DNA of 64,000 nt from Alphaproteobacteria bacterium (GTDB lineage Bacteria; Pseudomonadota; Alphaproteobacteria; RF32; CAG-239). Shown in pieces: positions 24,983-35,501 of the stretch (position 1 is its first letter; each line of letters opens with the position of its first letter). Under the pieces are notes generated by a model that searched no databases, was not told where the DNA came from, and saw nothing but the letters and a program-made list of their open reading frames with translations. The stretch lies in the NCBI GenBank assembly GCA_045632645.1, contig JAZQXC010000012.1, positions 16,966-80,965 on the forward strand, given 5' to 3'. The position numbers and the translations under genes were made by a program.

Positions 24983-25837
24983 ATGTTAATTAAAGATAAA
25001 GATATTTTATCTAACAAGCCTAAAGAAGAATTAAATAAGAGTGAAGAAACAAATGTAAAACCTAAATCAATTGCTTCTGAATATACAAAAAAAGCATGGG
25101 TTAATGTTTTTGATTACTATCTTAGAGGTATTAGTGAAAATTTTATTCATTTTCATGGTAGAGCAACGCCTCTTGAGTTTTGGGGGTTTATGGCTATATC
25201 TGGAATATTATTTTTCCCTTTATACCTTTTGGGTTGCTATAGTGGAAATAAAATGGTGATTTTTTATTTTTATTTAGCCACACTATTGCCCTCTTTAGCT
25301 ATTTGTGTTAGACGTTTTCATGATTTAAGTAAAAGTGCAATTCTTTATTTTTTATGTGGTTTTATCTCCTTTGTTAGTTGTTTTTTTATTGGATTTTATT
25401 CACTTATTTTAATTTTCCTTTGGTTTATTGTTATGATTAAGCTTATGCTTAAAAGTTCGTATATTGGCGATGTTATATTTGGTAATTATGTTGATGAAGC
25501 AAAGGAATATGATGGAAATTATGATAAAATAGTTCGTAAATTTTTTAGTATTGCTATTTCATGTTTTATTATATTTTCGACTTATTCTTATATGAATATT
25601 GATTTATGGAAACAACAAAATATGCAAAAAATAGCATTTGAAGATATCTTTAATTTAGTTTATAAAGATGCTAAAGAGAATAATTTATCTGAGGAGCAAA
25701 TTAAACAAGCAAATGATGAAGTTAGAAATTTTTTAAAAACTTTATCAGGCCAAAAAATATCAGAAGATGATTTAAAAAAGCAAATAAATTTAATTATTGA
25801 AAATATTATACCTAAAGAATCTATGGATGCAAAATGA
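24983..25837 (+). CDS. DUF805-family inner-membrane protein with C-terminal soluble extension
   Basis: GRATPLEFWGFMAISGILFF and CVRRFHDL are DUF805 (YhaH/YhaI-like) hallmarks. The ATG at 24983 follows the SD GAGGAG. Confidence 0.65.
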   Translation: MLIKDKDILSNKPKEELNKSEETNVKPKSIASEYTKKAWVNVFDYYLRGISENFIHFHGRATPLEFWGFMAISGILFFPLYLLGCYSGNKMVIFYFYLATLLPSLAICVRRFHDLSKSAILYFLCGFISFVSCFFIGFYSLILIFLWFIVMIKLMLKSSYIGDVIFGNYVDEAKEYDGNYDKIVRKFFSIAISCFIIFSTYSYMNIDLWKQQNMQKIAFEDIFNLVYKDAKENNLSEEQIKQANDEVRNFLKTLSGQKISEDDLKKQINLIIENIIPKESMDAK

Positions 25838-27660
25838 AAATAAGTTTTTTAAAATATATAGTTATATTTGTTATAATATCTATTTGTTTTTTCTTGGGTT
25901 TCTTTTATTTTAAAGATAATATTTTTCTCATTGATAAATATGAAAAACGTAATTCTAGACTTTTTGAAAATGTTATTAGTGAATTAAATAAGAGGAATAT
26001 TTTTTCTTTTAAAAAAATTAGTATTTATCCTGCTAATTTTACTAATATGCCTAATATTGAAGCACCTTATAATGATGATGGTATTTCAATTGTTTGGCTT
26101 GGTAGTATTTCTAATTTTAGATTGGATAATCTAGATAAATATGATTATGTATTTGCCTCTACCCCTCTTCTCAATGACTTCCTTAAAAATAATAATATTA
26201 ACACCTTTTATGTTCCTTTGGGAAGCTTTGATGATGAGATAAAGGTGAATAAAAATAATGATGAATCATTTTTTGGTATAATTGGCAATCCTTTATATGT
26301 AAAAGAAGTGCTTTTAGAGAGAGGATTAAATTTTAAGATTTATAACAAAAATGATAAAATTATAAATGATATTGATAAGCTTCGTGCGGTCTTTGTTGAA
26401 GATACTGCACTTAATGCGCAGTCTTTGGATTTGCATCCAATATTTTTTAAGTTGGCATATCATAAAGTTCCTATTGCTACCTATTGGGGATGGCCACATA
26501 TTGTTGAAAATATTAATATGTTTAATGATTATATTAGTTTTTATATGGAAAAAGATGATTTAGAAATTTTATTAGATGAAATGCTTTCTAAGCATAATTT
26601 CATTACTAATAGAAGTGATTTTTTATATAAATTAGTTAATAAAGAATATTCCTTGCGAAGTATAGTTGATAGAATTGAGTATATTTTAAGGACAAACTCT
26701 GAATATCCTTTTAATATTGATGAAAAGAGCATAAATTTTGATTTAGGTGTTGCTGTTGGACATATTGGAAGTGGAGATTTTTGGCTAATTAAAGATTTAG
26801 AAAATTATTTTGTTAATAAAGGATATATACCAAGTATAACATATTTTAACTCATTTTATAAATATAAAACAGATATTAATATTGTTGTTAGTGGTTTTTT
26901 ACCCAAAGGTAAAAGAGATATTGTTGGTAGAACAAATATATTATATATCGCATACCCAATGTTTGGAAATGATGGAAAAAGAGAGTTTGTTAAGGATATT
27001 GATGATTATGCTAAAGAAATATCTGATTTAAAAAAAGATATTGATGCAATTGTAGTGGCATCAAAAAGTTTTAATGATGAACTGAATAAAAGAGGTATAA
27101 AGTCTTATTATGTTTCGCAATTTACAAATACAGATAAGTTTTTTTATGATTATGATGAAAACTTAAAAAGCGAAGTTTTTTTTGTTGGGGTTAATGCTTT
27201 TTATAGAAAAGCACCACATATTTTGCTTGAAGCCAATCTTCCAATTACTATTTATGGACCTAATTATCCTCAAGGTATTTCTAAAGGAGAATATTTGGAT
27301 AATAGAATACTTAGAAAATATTATAGTTCTGCAAAAATTGTATTAAATGATACAAGAGATGGAATGAAAGAGTTTGGTTTTATTAGTAATAGAATCTTTG
27401 ATGCGTCAGCTTGTGGAACACTGGTTATCTCTGACTATGTAAAAGAGATTGAAGAGGTTTATGGTGATAGCGTTCCTATGTATAAAACAAAAGAAGAATT
27501 AATTGAACTTGTTAAGTATTACCTTGACCCTAAAAATGAAGCTGAACGACTAAATAAGGCTCAAAGAGCTAAAGATATAACTCTAAAAAACTTTACAGCA
27601 GATATAGCAGGAGAGAAATTTGATGCTATAATAAAGGAAATTAAAAAAAATGAAATCTAG
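25834..27660 (+). CDS. Membrane-anchored CgeB-like/GT1-type glycosyltransferase family protein, paralog 1
   Basis: N-terminal TM segment. The C-terminal region ...FVGVNAFYRKAP...YYSSAKIVLNDTRDGMKEFGFISNRIFDASACGTLVISDYV.EIEEVYGDSVPMYKTKEEL...YYL...ER is of the CgeB/Glyco_trans_1_2 type. The start overlaps the upstream stop (ATGA). Confidence 0.55.
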   Translation: MKISFLKYIVIFVIISICFFLGFFYFKDNIFLIDKYEKRNSRLFENVISELNKRNIFSFKKISIYPANFTNMPNIEAPYNDDGISIVWLGSISNFRLDNLDKYDYVFASTPLLNDFLKNNNINTFYVPLGSFDDEIKVNKNNDESFFGIIGNPLYVKEVLLERGLNFKIYNKNDKIINDIDKLRAVFVEDTALNAQSLDLHPIFFKLAYHKVPIATYWGWPHIVENINMFNDYISFYMEKDDLEILLDEMLSKHNFITNRSDFLYKLVNKEYSLRSIVDRIEYILRTNSEYPFNIDEKSINFDLGVAVGHIGSGDFWLIKDLENYFVNKGYIPSITYFNSFYKYKTDINIVVSGFLPKGKRDIVGRTNILYIAYPMFGNDGKREFVKDIDDYAKEISDLKKDIDAIVVASKSFNDELNKRGIKSYYVSQFTNTDKFFYDYDENLKSEVFFVGVNAFYRKAPHILLEANLPITIYGPNYPQGISKGEYLDNRILRKYYSSAKIVLNDTRDGMKEFGFISNRIFDASACGTLVISDYVKEIEEVYGDSVPMYKTKEELIELVKYYLDPKNEAERLNKAQRAKDITLKNFTADIAGEKFDAIIKEIKKNEI

Positions 27661-29530
27661 GACTAAAATATATTCCTTATTTACTTTTGTGCTATGTGCT
27701 ATTTTAGGAGGATTTTTTGTTCTTAAATCTCATTCTAATAGTATTAAAGTTAGTCTTATCTATTCTGATAGTTCGTTTATGCAAAAGCAAATGGATAGCC
27801 TTCTTCTTAAAATAAAAAAATATGCAAAAACAAACTCTAAATTACAAAAGAATATAGATTTTTATATTGCTAATTTTATTAATACCGATATTCCTGATAT
27901 TAAAAATCATGAACACCTTAATATTTTATGGCTTGGTAGTAATAATAATTTTAATGTAGATAAAGTAAAGAAGTTTGATCATGTATTTGCAAGCACAAAA
28001 GATTTGATTGCTTATTTAAAAATAAAAGATATTAAGGCTCATTATCAGCCTCAATTTATTGACTCCACAAATAAAAATGTTAAACAACCAATATGTGCCT
28101 TAAATCCTAATAATGAAACTTGCTATTTTATTGTTATTGGCTACCCGCCTAAAATTTTGGATTATTTTAATAAGCATAATGTAAAATACAAAATCTATTC
28201 AAATCTAAACAGAGAAACTGCTAAATTATTATCTGATAACTTTGATAATATTAGTGGTGTAGTTATTAATTATTCCCGTATATCTAATAGTAGTTTTGAT
28301 GTTTCACCATTTTTGTTAGATGTTATTAATTATCAAATCCCTATTTTATCTCCCAATTCTTATTATATTGACGATAACTCGTTGAGTGATGTTGCTTACT
28401 TTTCTTTAATGTTTATGGATACCCTTAGTTATTATACTTATGAGAGTGATATTGAAAAGTTTTTAAATTGTCTATCTTGTCGCTTGGATAATGCGAAAAA
28501 GGCTAAATATTTGCTTGATAAGGTGTATTCAACAGATGTCTTTTATGAGCATATCAAATCTATTTTAGAAGAAAAGCAATTTGTTCCTTATATTAAAAAT
28601 GCTATGCTTATTATGTCTCCAACGTATGCAGGTATTTATAATAATGGTGATTATTGGATTTCTAAAGATTTAGAAAATGCCTTTTCTTTTAAATATGACC
28701 AATCGCTTACCATTTTTCCAACATCTCTTATTGATAATATTGGAGATGTATTTATTTTTGTTCGAGGTGGTATACCTTTGAAAAAAAATCAAATTAAGAA
28801 TTATTCTTCTTCTATTTATTTTTTATTATTCCCTTCATTTGTTGATGAAAGTAATCTTCCTTCAATTGGGGGATTTATTGATAGTATAAAAGAAGAATTT
28901 AATCGTGTTGATGCAGTAGCTGTTGCATCAAAACTCGTTTATAATGAACTAAAAAATAGAGGAATTAATGCATATTATATTCCACAATTTACCAATACTA
29001 ATAAGTTTTATTATGATTATAAAGAAGATAAAAAATCAGAAGTTTTATTTGTTGGCAATTATCTTCCTTATAGAACTGCTGCTCAGAGTGTTTTTAATGC
29101 AGGGTTACCTATAACTATATATGGTAACGGTTGGCCAGATAACATGGCTAAATCACCATATATTGATAATCAAATTTTACGTCAATACTATAGTTCAGCT
29201 AAGATTGTATTAAATGATGCTAGAGATAGTATGAAAAAGTTTGGATTTATTATAAATCGTATTTTTGATGTTACTGCTTGTGGTAGTTTAATTATTTCGG
29301 ATTATGTAAAAGAAATTGAAGATGTTTATGGGGATAGTGTTCCTATGTATAAAACAAAAGAGGAATTAGTTAAACTTGTTGAATATTATCTTGATCCTAA
29401 AAATGAAGCTGAACGATTAAATAAGGCTCGAAGAGCTAAAGAAATCACTTTAGAAAACTTTACAGCTGAGATTGTTGCTGAAATGTTTGATGAAGTGATA
29501 AAAGATATAAAGAAACAAAAGGGGTTATAA
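27650..29530 (+). CDS. Membrane-anchored CgeB-like/GT1-type glycosyltransferase family protein, paralog 2
   Basis: Collinear with the preceding gene. The C-terminal ~80 aa are nearly identical to it (ISDYVKEIEDVYGDSVPMYKTKEEL..LV.YYLDPKNEAERLNKA.RAK.ITL.NFTA). Confidence 0.55.
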   Translation: MKSRTKIYSLFTFVLCAILGGFFVLKSHSNSIKVSLIYSDSSFMQKQMDSLLLKIKKYAKTNSKLQKNIDFYIANFINTDIPDIKNHEHLNILWLGSNNNFNVDKVKKFDHVFASTKDLIAYLKIKDIKAHYQPQFIDSTNKNVKQPICALNPNNETCYFIVIGYPPKILDYFNKHNVKYKIYSNLNRETAKLLSDNFDNISGVVINYSRISNSSFDVSPFLLDVINYQIPILSPNSYYIDDNSLSDVAYFSLMFMDTLSYYTYESDIEKFLNCLSCRLDNAKKAKYLLDKVYSTDVFYEHIKSILEEKQFVPYIKNAMLIMSPTYAGIYNNGDYWISKDLENAFSFKYDQSLTIFPTSLIDNIGDVFIFVRGGIPLKKNQIKNYSSSIYFLLFPSFVDESNLPSIGGFIDSIKEEFNRVDAVAVASKLVYNELKNRGINAYYIPQFTNTNKFYYDYKEDKKSEVLFVGNYLPYRTAAQSVFNAGLPITIYGNGWPDNMAKSPYIDNQILRQYYSSAKIVLNDARDSMKKFGFIINRIFDVTACGSLIISDYVKEIEDVYGDSVPMYKTKEELVKLVEYYLDPKNEAERLNKARRAKEITLENFTAEIVAEMFDEVIKDIKKQKGL

Positions 29531-31489
29531 TTAATTCCACAAACGTTTTGTTTCTCTGTTGTGATAATATACTCCTTTTTTAAGGTTAATATAACCTCCA
29601 TCTTTTAATGGAATATTTTTACCATTTAATTTGATAAATTGGGGCCCAAATTCTATTTGTTCTTTATATATACAGCGCTCTTTAGTACATTTTATGTCTT
29701 CATTATTGGGATACTCTTTTTTTCCTTTAATATTATCTTTAGTCCACATTCTTTCAAGGAAGTTGTTTTTATGCCATGGTGACATTTCTAATTTATTAGC
29801 ACTTGTTCTATATGCGTATGTTGTACCGTCTTTATCAAATATAAAATCTGGCCTTGGGTAGGTTATGATGCATAGTATTCCTATTGCAATAAAACTAAAA
29901 CCCCATATGCGCCATTTGGCCTGCCATATGCATAACCATAATAACCCTAATGTTAAAAATAATACTCCCCACTCAGAGCTTGAACCTATGGAATATCCTA
30001 AATCAGCTCCCGGTAAATTAGTAACAAAATCAGCTATTTGGTTAACTACCCAAACCCCTTTTTCTAATAATATTAAGCTATATTTACTGATACTAAATGG
30101 TGATGTTATTAAGAATAATAATATTGCAGGCATTATCCAAAATGCAATTACCGGACCTGCTAGCATATTGCCTAGCGTTGTATAGATTGCTATTTGGTTG
30201 AAAAAATATAGACTATAAGGTAGCGTCATTAGGCTTGCTATTATATCTGTTATAAGTACTCCTACAACATATACCATAATTTTACCAAAGATTGTTTTTC
30301 TATTAAACCAAGTATTTACTTTGTTTGTGTTTTTTTCATAATACGATATTAAGCCGAGGGTTGCGGAGAATGACATTAGAAAACCAGGAGATATAACAGC
30401 AGCTGGAGTTATAATAACAACTATTAGAAGCGCAAAAGCCCATAATCTTAATGTTATTGCTCTTCGATTAAATAGAATTGCAAGCAATATAAAGGTTGTC
30501 ATTATAAAAGCTCTTATGCATGAGATGCTTTGTCCTGAAATTAAGAAATATAAAAATGTTATGATTAATGAAACAACTGCTGCTGGTTTTCTTAAATCAT
30601 ATTGACCTTTTGTAAATGGTAGTAATAATAATCGTACAACAAAAAAGACTAATAGCGCAATTATACTCATATGCATACCAGATATTGATAAAAAATGAGC
30701 TAATCCTGACATTCGATAATTTTCATATAAATTCTCACTTATTGTTGCTCTATCACCAATAGTGATTGCATTAATAATTGCACCTTCATCTTTAGTTGTA
30801 TTTTGTAAGACTTTGTTTTTTATAAATTCTCTTGTTTTAAATATAAGCTCGCTTAATTTGTTTTTTTCTTTTTGACAATCTTTTTCATAAACTGGACCTA
30901 TTGAGTATCCGACACCAGATATTCCTTTATAAAAGTTTGTTCTATCATTATTATAATTTCCGATAGGATTTGGCGTTAGTGATGTTGGGAGTTTAGCAAC
31001 AAGTTCTACACATTTTCCTTCTTTTAACCAATCGAGTTTTTGGTTTAAGCTTATTTTAAAATCACCTTTAAGTTCTTTTTCATAATTATTTACATTAGTT
31101 AATAATATTCTTTGACGGTTGTTTCGATTATAATCTAATACTTTAACTTCGCCGTTTAAATACGTAATTTGGCTTAAGTTGTGCTCTATTTTTTTGTTGC
31201 GATATAATGCGTCTGATTTAGCTACACATAACCCTAGCATAAATAACAAAGCATACGTTAATATCTTAAATGGTGCTTCTTTATTTTTGTATATGTATAA
31301 AAGAAATAGTATTGCCTCTAGATATATTACTACTAGCCATGATTCTACTTCGTATGGTATTACAAAGTAAAAAGCTGCACCAAATGCAAAACTGATAGCG
31401 TACCAAGTGATTAAACTTTCTGCTTCATTTTGGTAACATTCAGCTATGTATAATTTAAGGCGTAGTAGCTCCCTTTTTATCCACCACAT
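29531..31489 (-). CDS. comEC: ComEC/Rec2-family DNA internalisation channel protein
   Basis: The polytopic competence-domain motif SGLAHFLSISGMHMSIIA is present, preceded by a DUF4131-like N-terminal region. No obvious C-terminal metallo-beta-lactamase domain. Confidence 0.8.
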   Translation of the reverse strand: MWWIKRELLRLKLYIAECYQNEAESLITWYAISFAFGAAFYFVIPYEVESWLVVIYLEAILFLLYIYKNKEAPFKILTYALLFMLGLCVAKSDALYRNKKIEHNLSQITYLNGEVKVLDYNRNNRQRILLTNVNNYEKELKGDFKISLNQKLDWLKEGKCVELVAKLPTSLTPNPIGNYNNDRTNFYKGISGVGYSIGPVYEKDCQKEKNKLSELIFKTREFIKNKVLQNTTKDEGAIINAITIGDRATISENLYENYRMSGLAHFLSISGMHMSIIALLVFFVVRLLLLPFTKGQYDLRKPAAVVSLIITFLYFLISGQSISCIRAFIMTTFILLAILFNRRAITLRLWAFALLIVVIITPAAVISPGFLMSFSATLGLISYYEKNTNKVNTWFNRKTIFGKIMVYVVGVLITDIIASLMTLPYSLYFFNQIAIYTTLGNMLAGPVIAFWIMPAILLFLITSPFSISKYSLILLEKGVWVVNQIADFVTNLPGADLGYSIGSSSEWGVLFLTLGLLWLCIWQAKWRIWGFSFIAIGILCIITYPRPDFIFDKDGTTYAYRTSANKLEMSPWHKNNFLERMWTKDNIKGKKEYPNNEDIKCTKERCIYKEQIEFGPQFIKLNGKNIPLKDGGYINLKKGVYYHNRETKRLWN

Positions 31490-31492
31490 AGG

Positions 31493-32647
31493 TTATTTTC
31501 TTTCTTTTATATTTTCTAAAATAATTTCTGCTGCTTTTTGACTTGGATTTAACTTTCCTACCCCTAATTTTATTTTTAGCTCTTCAAAGCCTTTTTTTTC
31601 TTTAATGTGGAGTTCTGATTTTTCATCCATTAGTTCATGGGAGAGTTTTAATATCTTGTTTTTATTACATTCTTCTTGGATGAGCTCAGGGATAATCTGT
31701 TTATCTAGCAAGATGTTGGTTAGGTTTATATATTTAATATTTGTAAAGTGTTTTGCAATCCAAGCTGTTAATTTGGGTACTTTATAACATACAATATGTG
31801 GTACATTTATTATCGCAAGCTCTAATGCTACGGTTCCTGATGCTGCGATAGCAAATTTGGCTAAGCGTGCAGCTTGATAGCGTTCTTTTTGAGTGTTTAT
31901 AACTAATATATCGCTTTCAAACTCTTTAACCATTTCTTTTACTCGTTTTTCAACTGTTGAAACTGTGGGTAAAACAAATAGTAAATTATTGTTTTCTTTC
32001 TTTAACTCTTTTGCTGTTTCTAAAAAGGTTGGAAGCAAGTTTGCAACTTCATTATGGCGAGAGCCTGGAAGAATTAATGCTATTTCTTTATTTTCATTGA
32101 TATTATATTTTTCTTTAAAATCGTCAGTTTTTGTTGTAAGCATTGAGCTCTCAATGGCTGGATGACCAATAAAATCTGCCTTTAGCTTATATGGTGTAAA
32201 ATACTTTGGTTCATGAGGAAACAATGTTAATAGATGATCTATATATTTATACATTGTTTTAGCACGACGCTTTTTCCATGCCCATACTTGTGGAGCTACA
32301 TAGTGCATTTGGAATGTTTTTATATTTTGTTTGCGTAAAGCCTTGTGTATTCTTGCAGAAAAGCTCCAACTATCTATCGTTATAACAATATCAGGTTTTT
32401 TAGATGTTATATCTTTTACTGTGTTTTTGATATGTCTTAACACTTTGGGAATGCTAGGTATTACCTCAACTAGTCCCATTATAGCTAAATCTGTAATATC
32501 AAAAAGAGATTTTAGCCCCTCTTTTTGCATATTATCGCCCCCAACGCCACAAAACTCTATTGTTTTATCTTTTTCCTTTAAGGCGCGCATTAATCTTGCG
32601 CCCAACATATCTCCAGATGGTTCTCCTGCTATTAAATATATTAACAT
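31493..32647 (-). CDS. lpxB: Lipid-A-disaccharide synthase
   Basis: The N-terminus MLIYLIAGEPSGDMLGARLMRAL is typical, as are the length (~384 aa) and the position downstream of lpxI. Confidence 0.9.
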   Translation of the reverse strand: MLIYLIAGEPSGDMLGARLMRALKEKDKTIEFCGVGGDNMQKEGLKSLFDITDLAIMGLVEVIPSIPKVLRHIKNTVKDITSKKPDIVITIDSWSFSARIHKALRKQNIKTFQMHYVAPQVWAWKKRRAKTMYKYIDHLLTLFPHEPKYFTPYKLKADFIGHPAIESSMLTTKTDDFKEKYNINENKEIALILPGSRHNEVANLLPTFLETAKELKKENNNLLFVLPTVSTVEKRVKEMVKEFESDILVINTQKERYQAARLAKFAIAASGTVALELAIINVPHIVCYKVPKLTAWIAKHFTNIKYINLTNILLDKQIIPELIQEECNKNKILKLSHELMDEKSELHIKEKKGFEELKIKLGVGKLNPSQKAAEIILENIKERK

Positions 32648-33498
32648 ATATCATACTCCGTTGGGGTTATACCTTTTATAAACATCTTGTATTTATTAGC
32701 AAGTTTTATAACTTCTTCTTGATTTACAATGAGTGTGTTTCCGGTGTGTACTGCAATTCCATTAAAACCTGCTTTATGAGCATTTTCAATTGTTCTTACA
32801 CCAATTGTTGGCAAATCAACACGCATATCTTGCTCTGGCTTTCTTAATTTTACTAAAATTGGGGCCTTTCCTTTTCTTTTATAGTCTGCACATCTTATTA
32901 TAAGTTTATCTGTACCTTCTATTCCTTCAACACCTAAGACTAATCCCTGTTGTATGACAACTGATTGACCAACATCTAGTTTACCTAAGGTTAAACCAAC
33001 CTCTATCCCTCTTTTTATATCGTTTTCATCATCTTGGCTTGGTTTTTGCTTAGTTAAAACTCCCTCTGGCGCTAATAAATTGGGAACAACCTCTTGTATC
33101 CCAACAACTTTCATTTGTTCTTTTTCTATCTCTTTAACTAGTGCTCTTAAAATACCATCATCTCCTAGAGCTTTGGCGCCTAATTTGGCGAAAAATGCTG
33201 TTGTTCTTAAATCTGGAACTAAATCTGATAGTGTTGGGCGCTTTATGGTACCAATTAAGACGATTTCTTTAACACCTTCTTGTTTTAACATATTAAAACC
33301 TGTACCGGCTTGCCCTATTCTTATCCATTGATGATTAACATCTGAGGTAAAATATTCTTCGTTTGCATTATCTTTAATAGCTAAAGCAAAGTATGGACGC
33401 TCATTTTTTTGGCACCATTTGATTATTTTATCAGGAAGTTCCCCTCCACCACAAATTATACCAAGTTTTCTTTCTTTATTTAAGTTGATATCTACCAT
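32641..33498 (-). CDS. lpxI: UDP-2,3-diacylglucosamine pyrophosphatase LpxI (DUF1009)
   Basis: KLGIICGGGELP...RPYFALAI at the N-terminus, GVEGIEGTD in the middle and DLPTIGVRTIENAHKAGFNGIAV..G at the C-terminus support the call. I chose the start at the ATG at 33498 (285 aa); the ORF track extends to 33585. Confidence 0.8.
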   Translation of the reverse strand: MVDINLNKERKLGIICGGGELPDKIIKWCQKNERPYFALAIKDNANEEYFTSDVNHQWIRIGQAGTGFNMLKQEGVKEIVLIGTIKRPTLSDLVPDLRTTAFFAKLGAKALGDDGILRALVKEIEKEQMKVVGIQEVVPNLLAPEGVLTKQKPSQDDENDIKRGIEVGLTLGKLDVGQSVVIQQGLVLGVEGIEGTDKLIIRCADYKRKGKAPILVKLRKPEQDMRVDLPTIGVRTIENAHKAGFNGIAVHTGNTLIVNQEEVIKLANKYKMFIKGITPTEYDIC

Positions 33499-33638
33499 AT
33501 TTTGCCTGCTAATGTTGTTTAATTCTCTATTTTTTCTAGCATAATTTAAAAAAAAAAGCAAAATATTAAAAAATATTATTGACAATTATTTTTTTTAATA
33601 TTATATCTGTTTTACGTTGTAAGGCAACACTTATGTAT

Positions 33639-33715
<77 letters not shown>

Positions 33716-33718
33716 ACA

Positions 33719-33743
33719 AAGCACCATAAAGGTGCTTTTTTTA
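33719..33743 (+). terminator. Terminator after tRNA-fMet
   Basis: AAGCACC/GGTGCTT form a perfect 7-bp stem with loop ATAAA, followed by a T-run. Confidence 0.7.
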
Positions 33744-33747
33744 TTGT

Positions 33748-35364
33748 CTAATATGGACATACTAAATATATCGATGCTTCAAATGTCATTGCAGCAGTTT
33801 TATCACTCTTTATTGTATACATATAATATCCTTGGCGGTTCGTTGCCTTTTTTATCCACTCTTCAGCACCTTCTGGTATTTGTTCTTGTGTTTTAGGCAT
33901 AAATAAATAAGCATATTTTTTATTTTCCTTACCCTTTTGAGCTAAGTTTAAAAATTCTTCATTATCAAAATCTACAAGTGTCCATACTTTATCTGCTAAG
34001 GCTAATTTATCTAAATAATTATGAATTATCCACGAATATTGGTTTCCTCCACCTAAAGCCCACCATATTTCAGCATCCTTAACAATATTTTCTGTTCTTT
34101 TATATTTATCATTTCCTCTTAGATAAAATGCTCTATTAGGGTAATTTATAATATAATATCCGTTTATTCCAACTATTAACCATAAAAAAATGTGTAGCTT
34201 GAATGGTTTGGCTTTTATTAGCTTTATAAATACAAAACCAAAATAGATAATTAAAATTGTTCCTATTGATAAAATTGGAGCAAAATATCGAATTTGATAG
34301 GTCGTCATATTGGGCATAATTAGTGATGATATAAAACCATATCCTATAAATGTGAGATATGACATTATTAAGATTTCTCTTTTATTTTCATCTAACACTG
34401 TCTTAGATAAAAAAACTAATATCAATGATATAGATAACAACATAATAGCAATATAGTTATTTATGAAAAAGGTATTAATAAATAATGGTAGTTGATTGGA
34501 AAGAATTTTTAATGGTTCTTTTATGTATTGACTTAATAATAATACTAATTGCCCTCCTCTTTCGCCTTTTGTTCCAACTGTTAACATTTCTGGATATATA
34601 AAATATGAAATCACAACAGATATTAACATTGCTAATGCATATTTGAATATTTTTTTATATCTTTTTTGTTTTAACAAGATAATGCTTCCTGTTAGTGTTA
34701 ATATAAAGCAATATATAATGCTATAATAGTGAGTTAGAATTGTTAAACTTGATAAAATGCATATTATTAATAACATTTTCAAAGTATTTTCTTTATCATT
34801 TAACATAAACCTTAAAACCATATAAAATAGCATGGTTGAAGAAAGTATTTGCAATAAATACATTCTTATAAAAATAGATAAAAACATTATACTTTCAGTT
34901 AGCATAAATAACGAGATTGTGACTAGAGCTATTTCTTTATCGTTAAATACAAATATTGCTAGTTTATATAAACTAATTAGAAGAGTTAGTAAAATAATTA
35001 CATTTAATATTATCCCTGGATATGGTGTAAACCCTGTGGAAAAAAAATTACTTATGGTGTGTAATAACACAAAATATAGCGGCATGTGGTTGTCATATTT
35101 TAGGTTATCCCACATTTTTGCATAAGTTGAATTTTGAGTTTGGGTTAAATAATTAATGAAAAAATCTTTTTTGAGTAGTTTATTATCTATTTCTGATGCA
35201 TCTTTAAAAAGATATACTCCATTTTCACCATTTGCTAATCCGTATGAAAATAATTCATCTATATGGTAAACTTCTTTTTGACTGAAGTTGAATAATTGCA
35301 CAAATATGGCTAATCCTAAAATTAGGAATAATCTAATCTTATATAATAAAGCATCATTTTTCAT
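33748..35364 (-). CDS. GT-C-fold (ArnT/PMT-like) polytopic membrane glycosyltransferase (tentative)
   Basis: 538 aa with more than 10 TM segments and an early loop containing an acidic motif (HIDELFSYG). It also has a C-terminal soluble domain. Confidence 0.45.
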   Translation of the reverse strand: MKNDALLYKIRLFLILGLAIFVQLFNFSQKEVYHIDELFSYGLANGENGVYLFKDASEIDNKLLKKDFFINYLTQTQNSTYAKMWDNLKYDNHMPLYFVLLHTISNFFSTGFTPYPGIILNVIILLTLLISLYKLAIFVFNDKEIALVTISLFMLTESIMFLSIFIRMYLLQILSSTMLFYMVLRFMLNDKENTLKMLLIICILSSLTILTHYYSIIYCFILTLTGSIILLKQKRYKKIFKYALAMLISVVISYFIYPEMLTVGTKGERGGQLVLLLSQYIKEPLKILSNQLPLFINTFFINNYIAIMLLSISLILVFLSKTVLDENKREILIMSYLTFIGYGFISSLIMPNMTTYQIRYFAPILSIGTILIIYFGFVFIKLIKAKPFKLHIFLWLIVGINGYYIINYPNRAFYLRGNDKYKRTENIVKDAEIWWALGGGNQYSWIIHNYLDKLALADKVWTLVDFDNEEFLNLAQKGKENKKYAYLFMPKTQEQIPEGAEEWIKKATNRQGYYMYTIKSDKTAAMTFEASIYLVCPY

Positions 35365-35501
35365 TGTATATTTCCTTATGGCTTTATTTAATTTAAAGTA
35401 CTTATTCTTTTATGCAATGATGAAAAATATTTTATCCTAATTAATATTTTTTTAATTTTGACTTGGTTTAATTTTAGTAACTTAACAATGAAAGATTGAT
35501 A

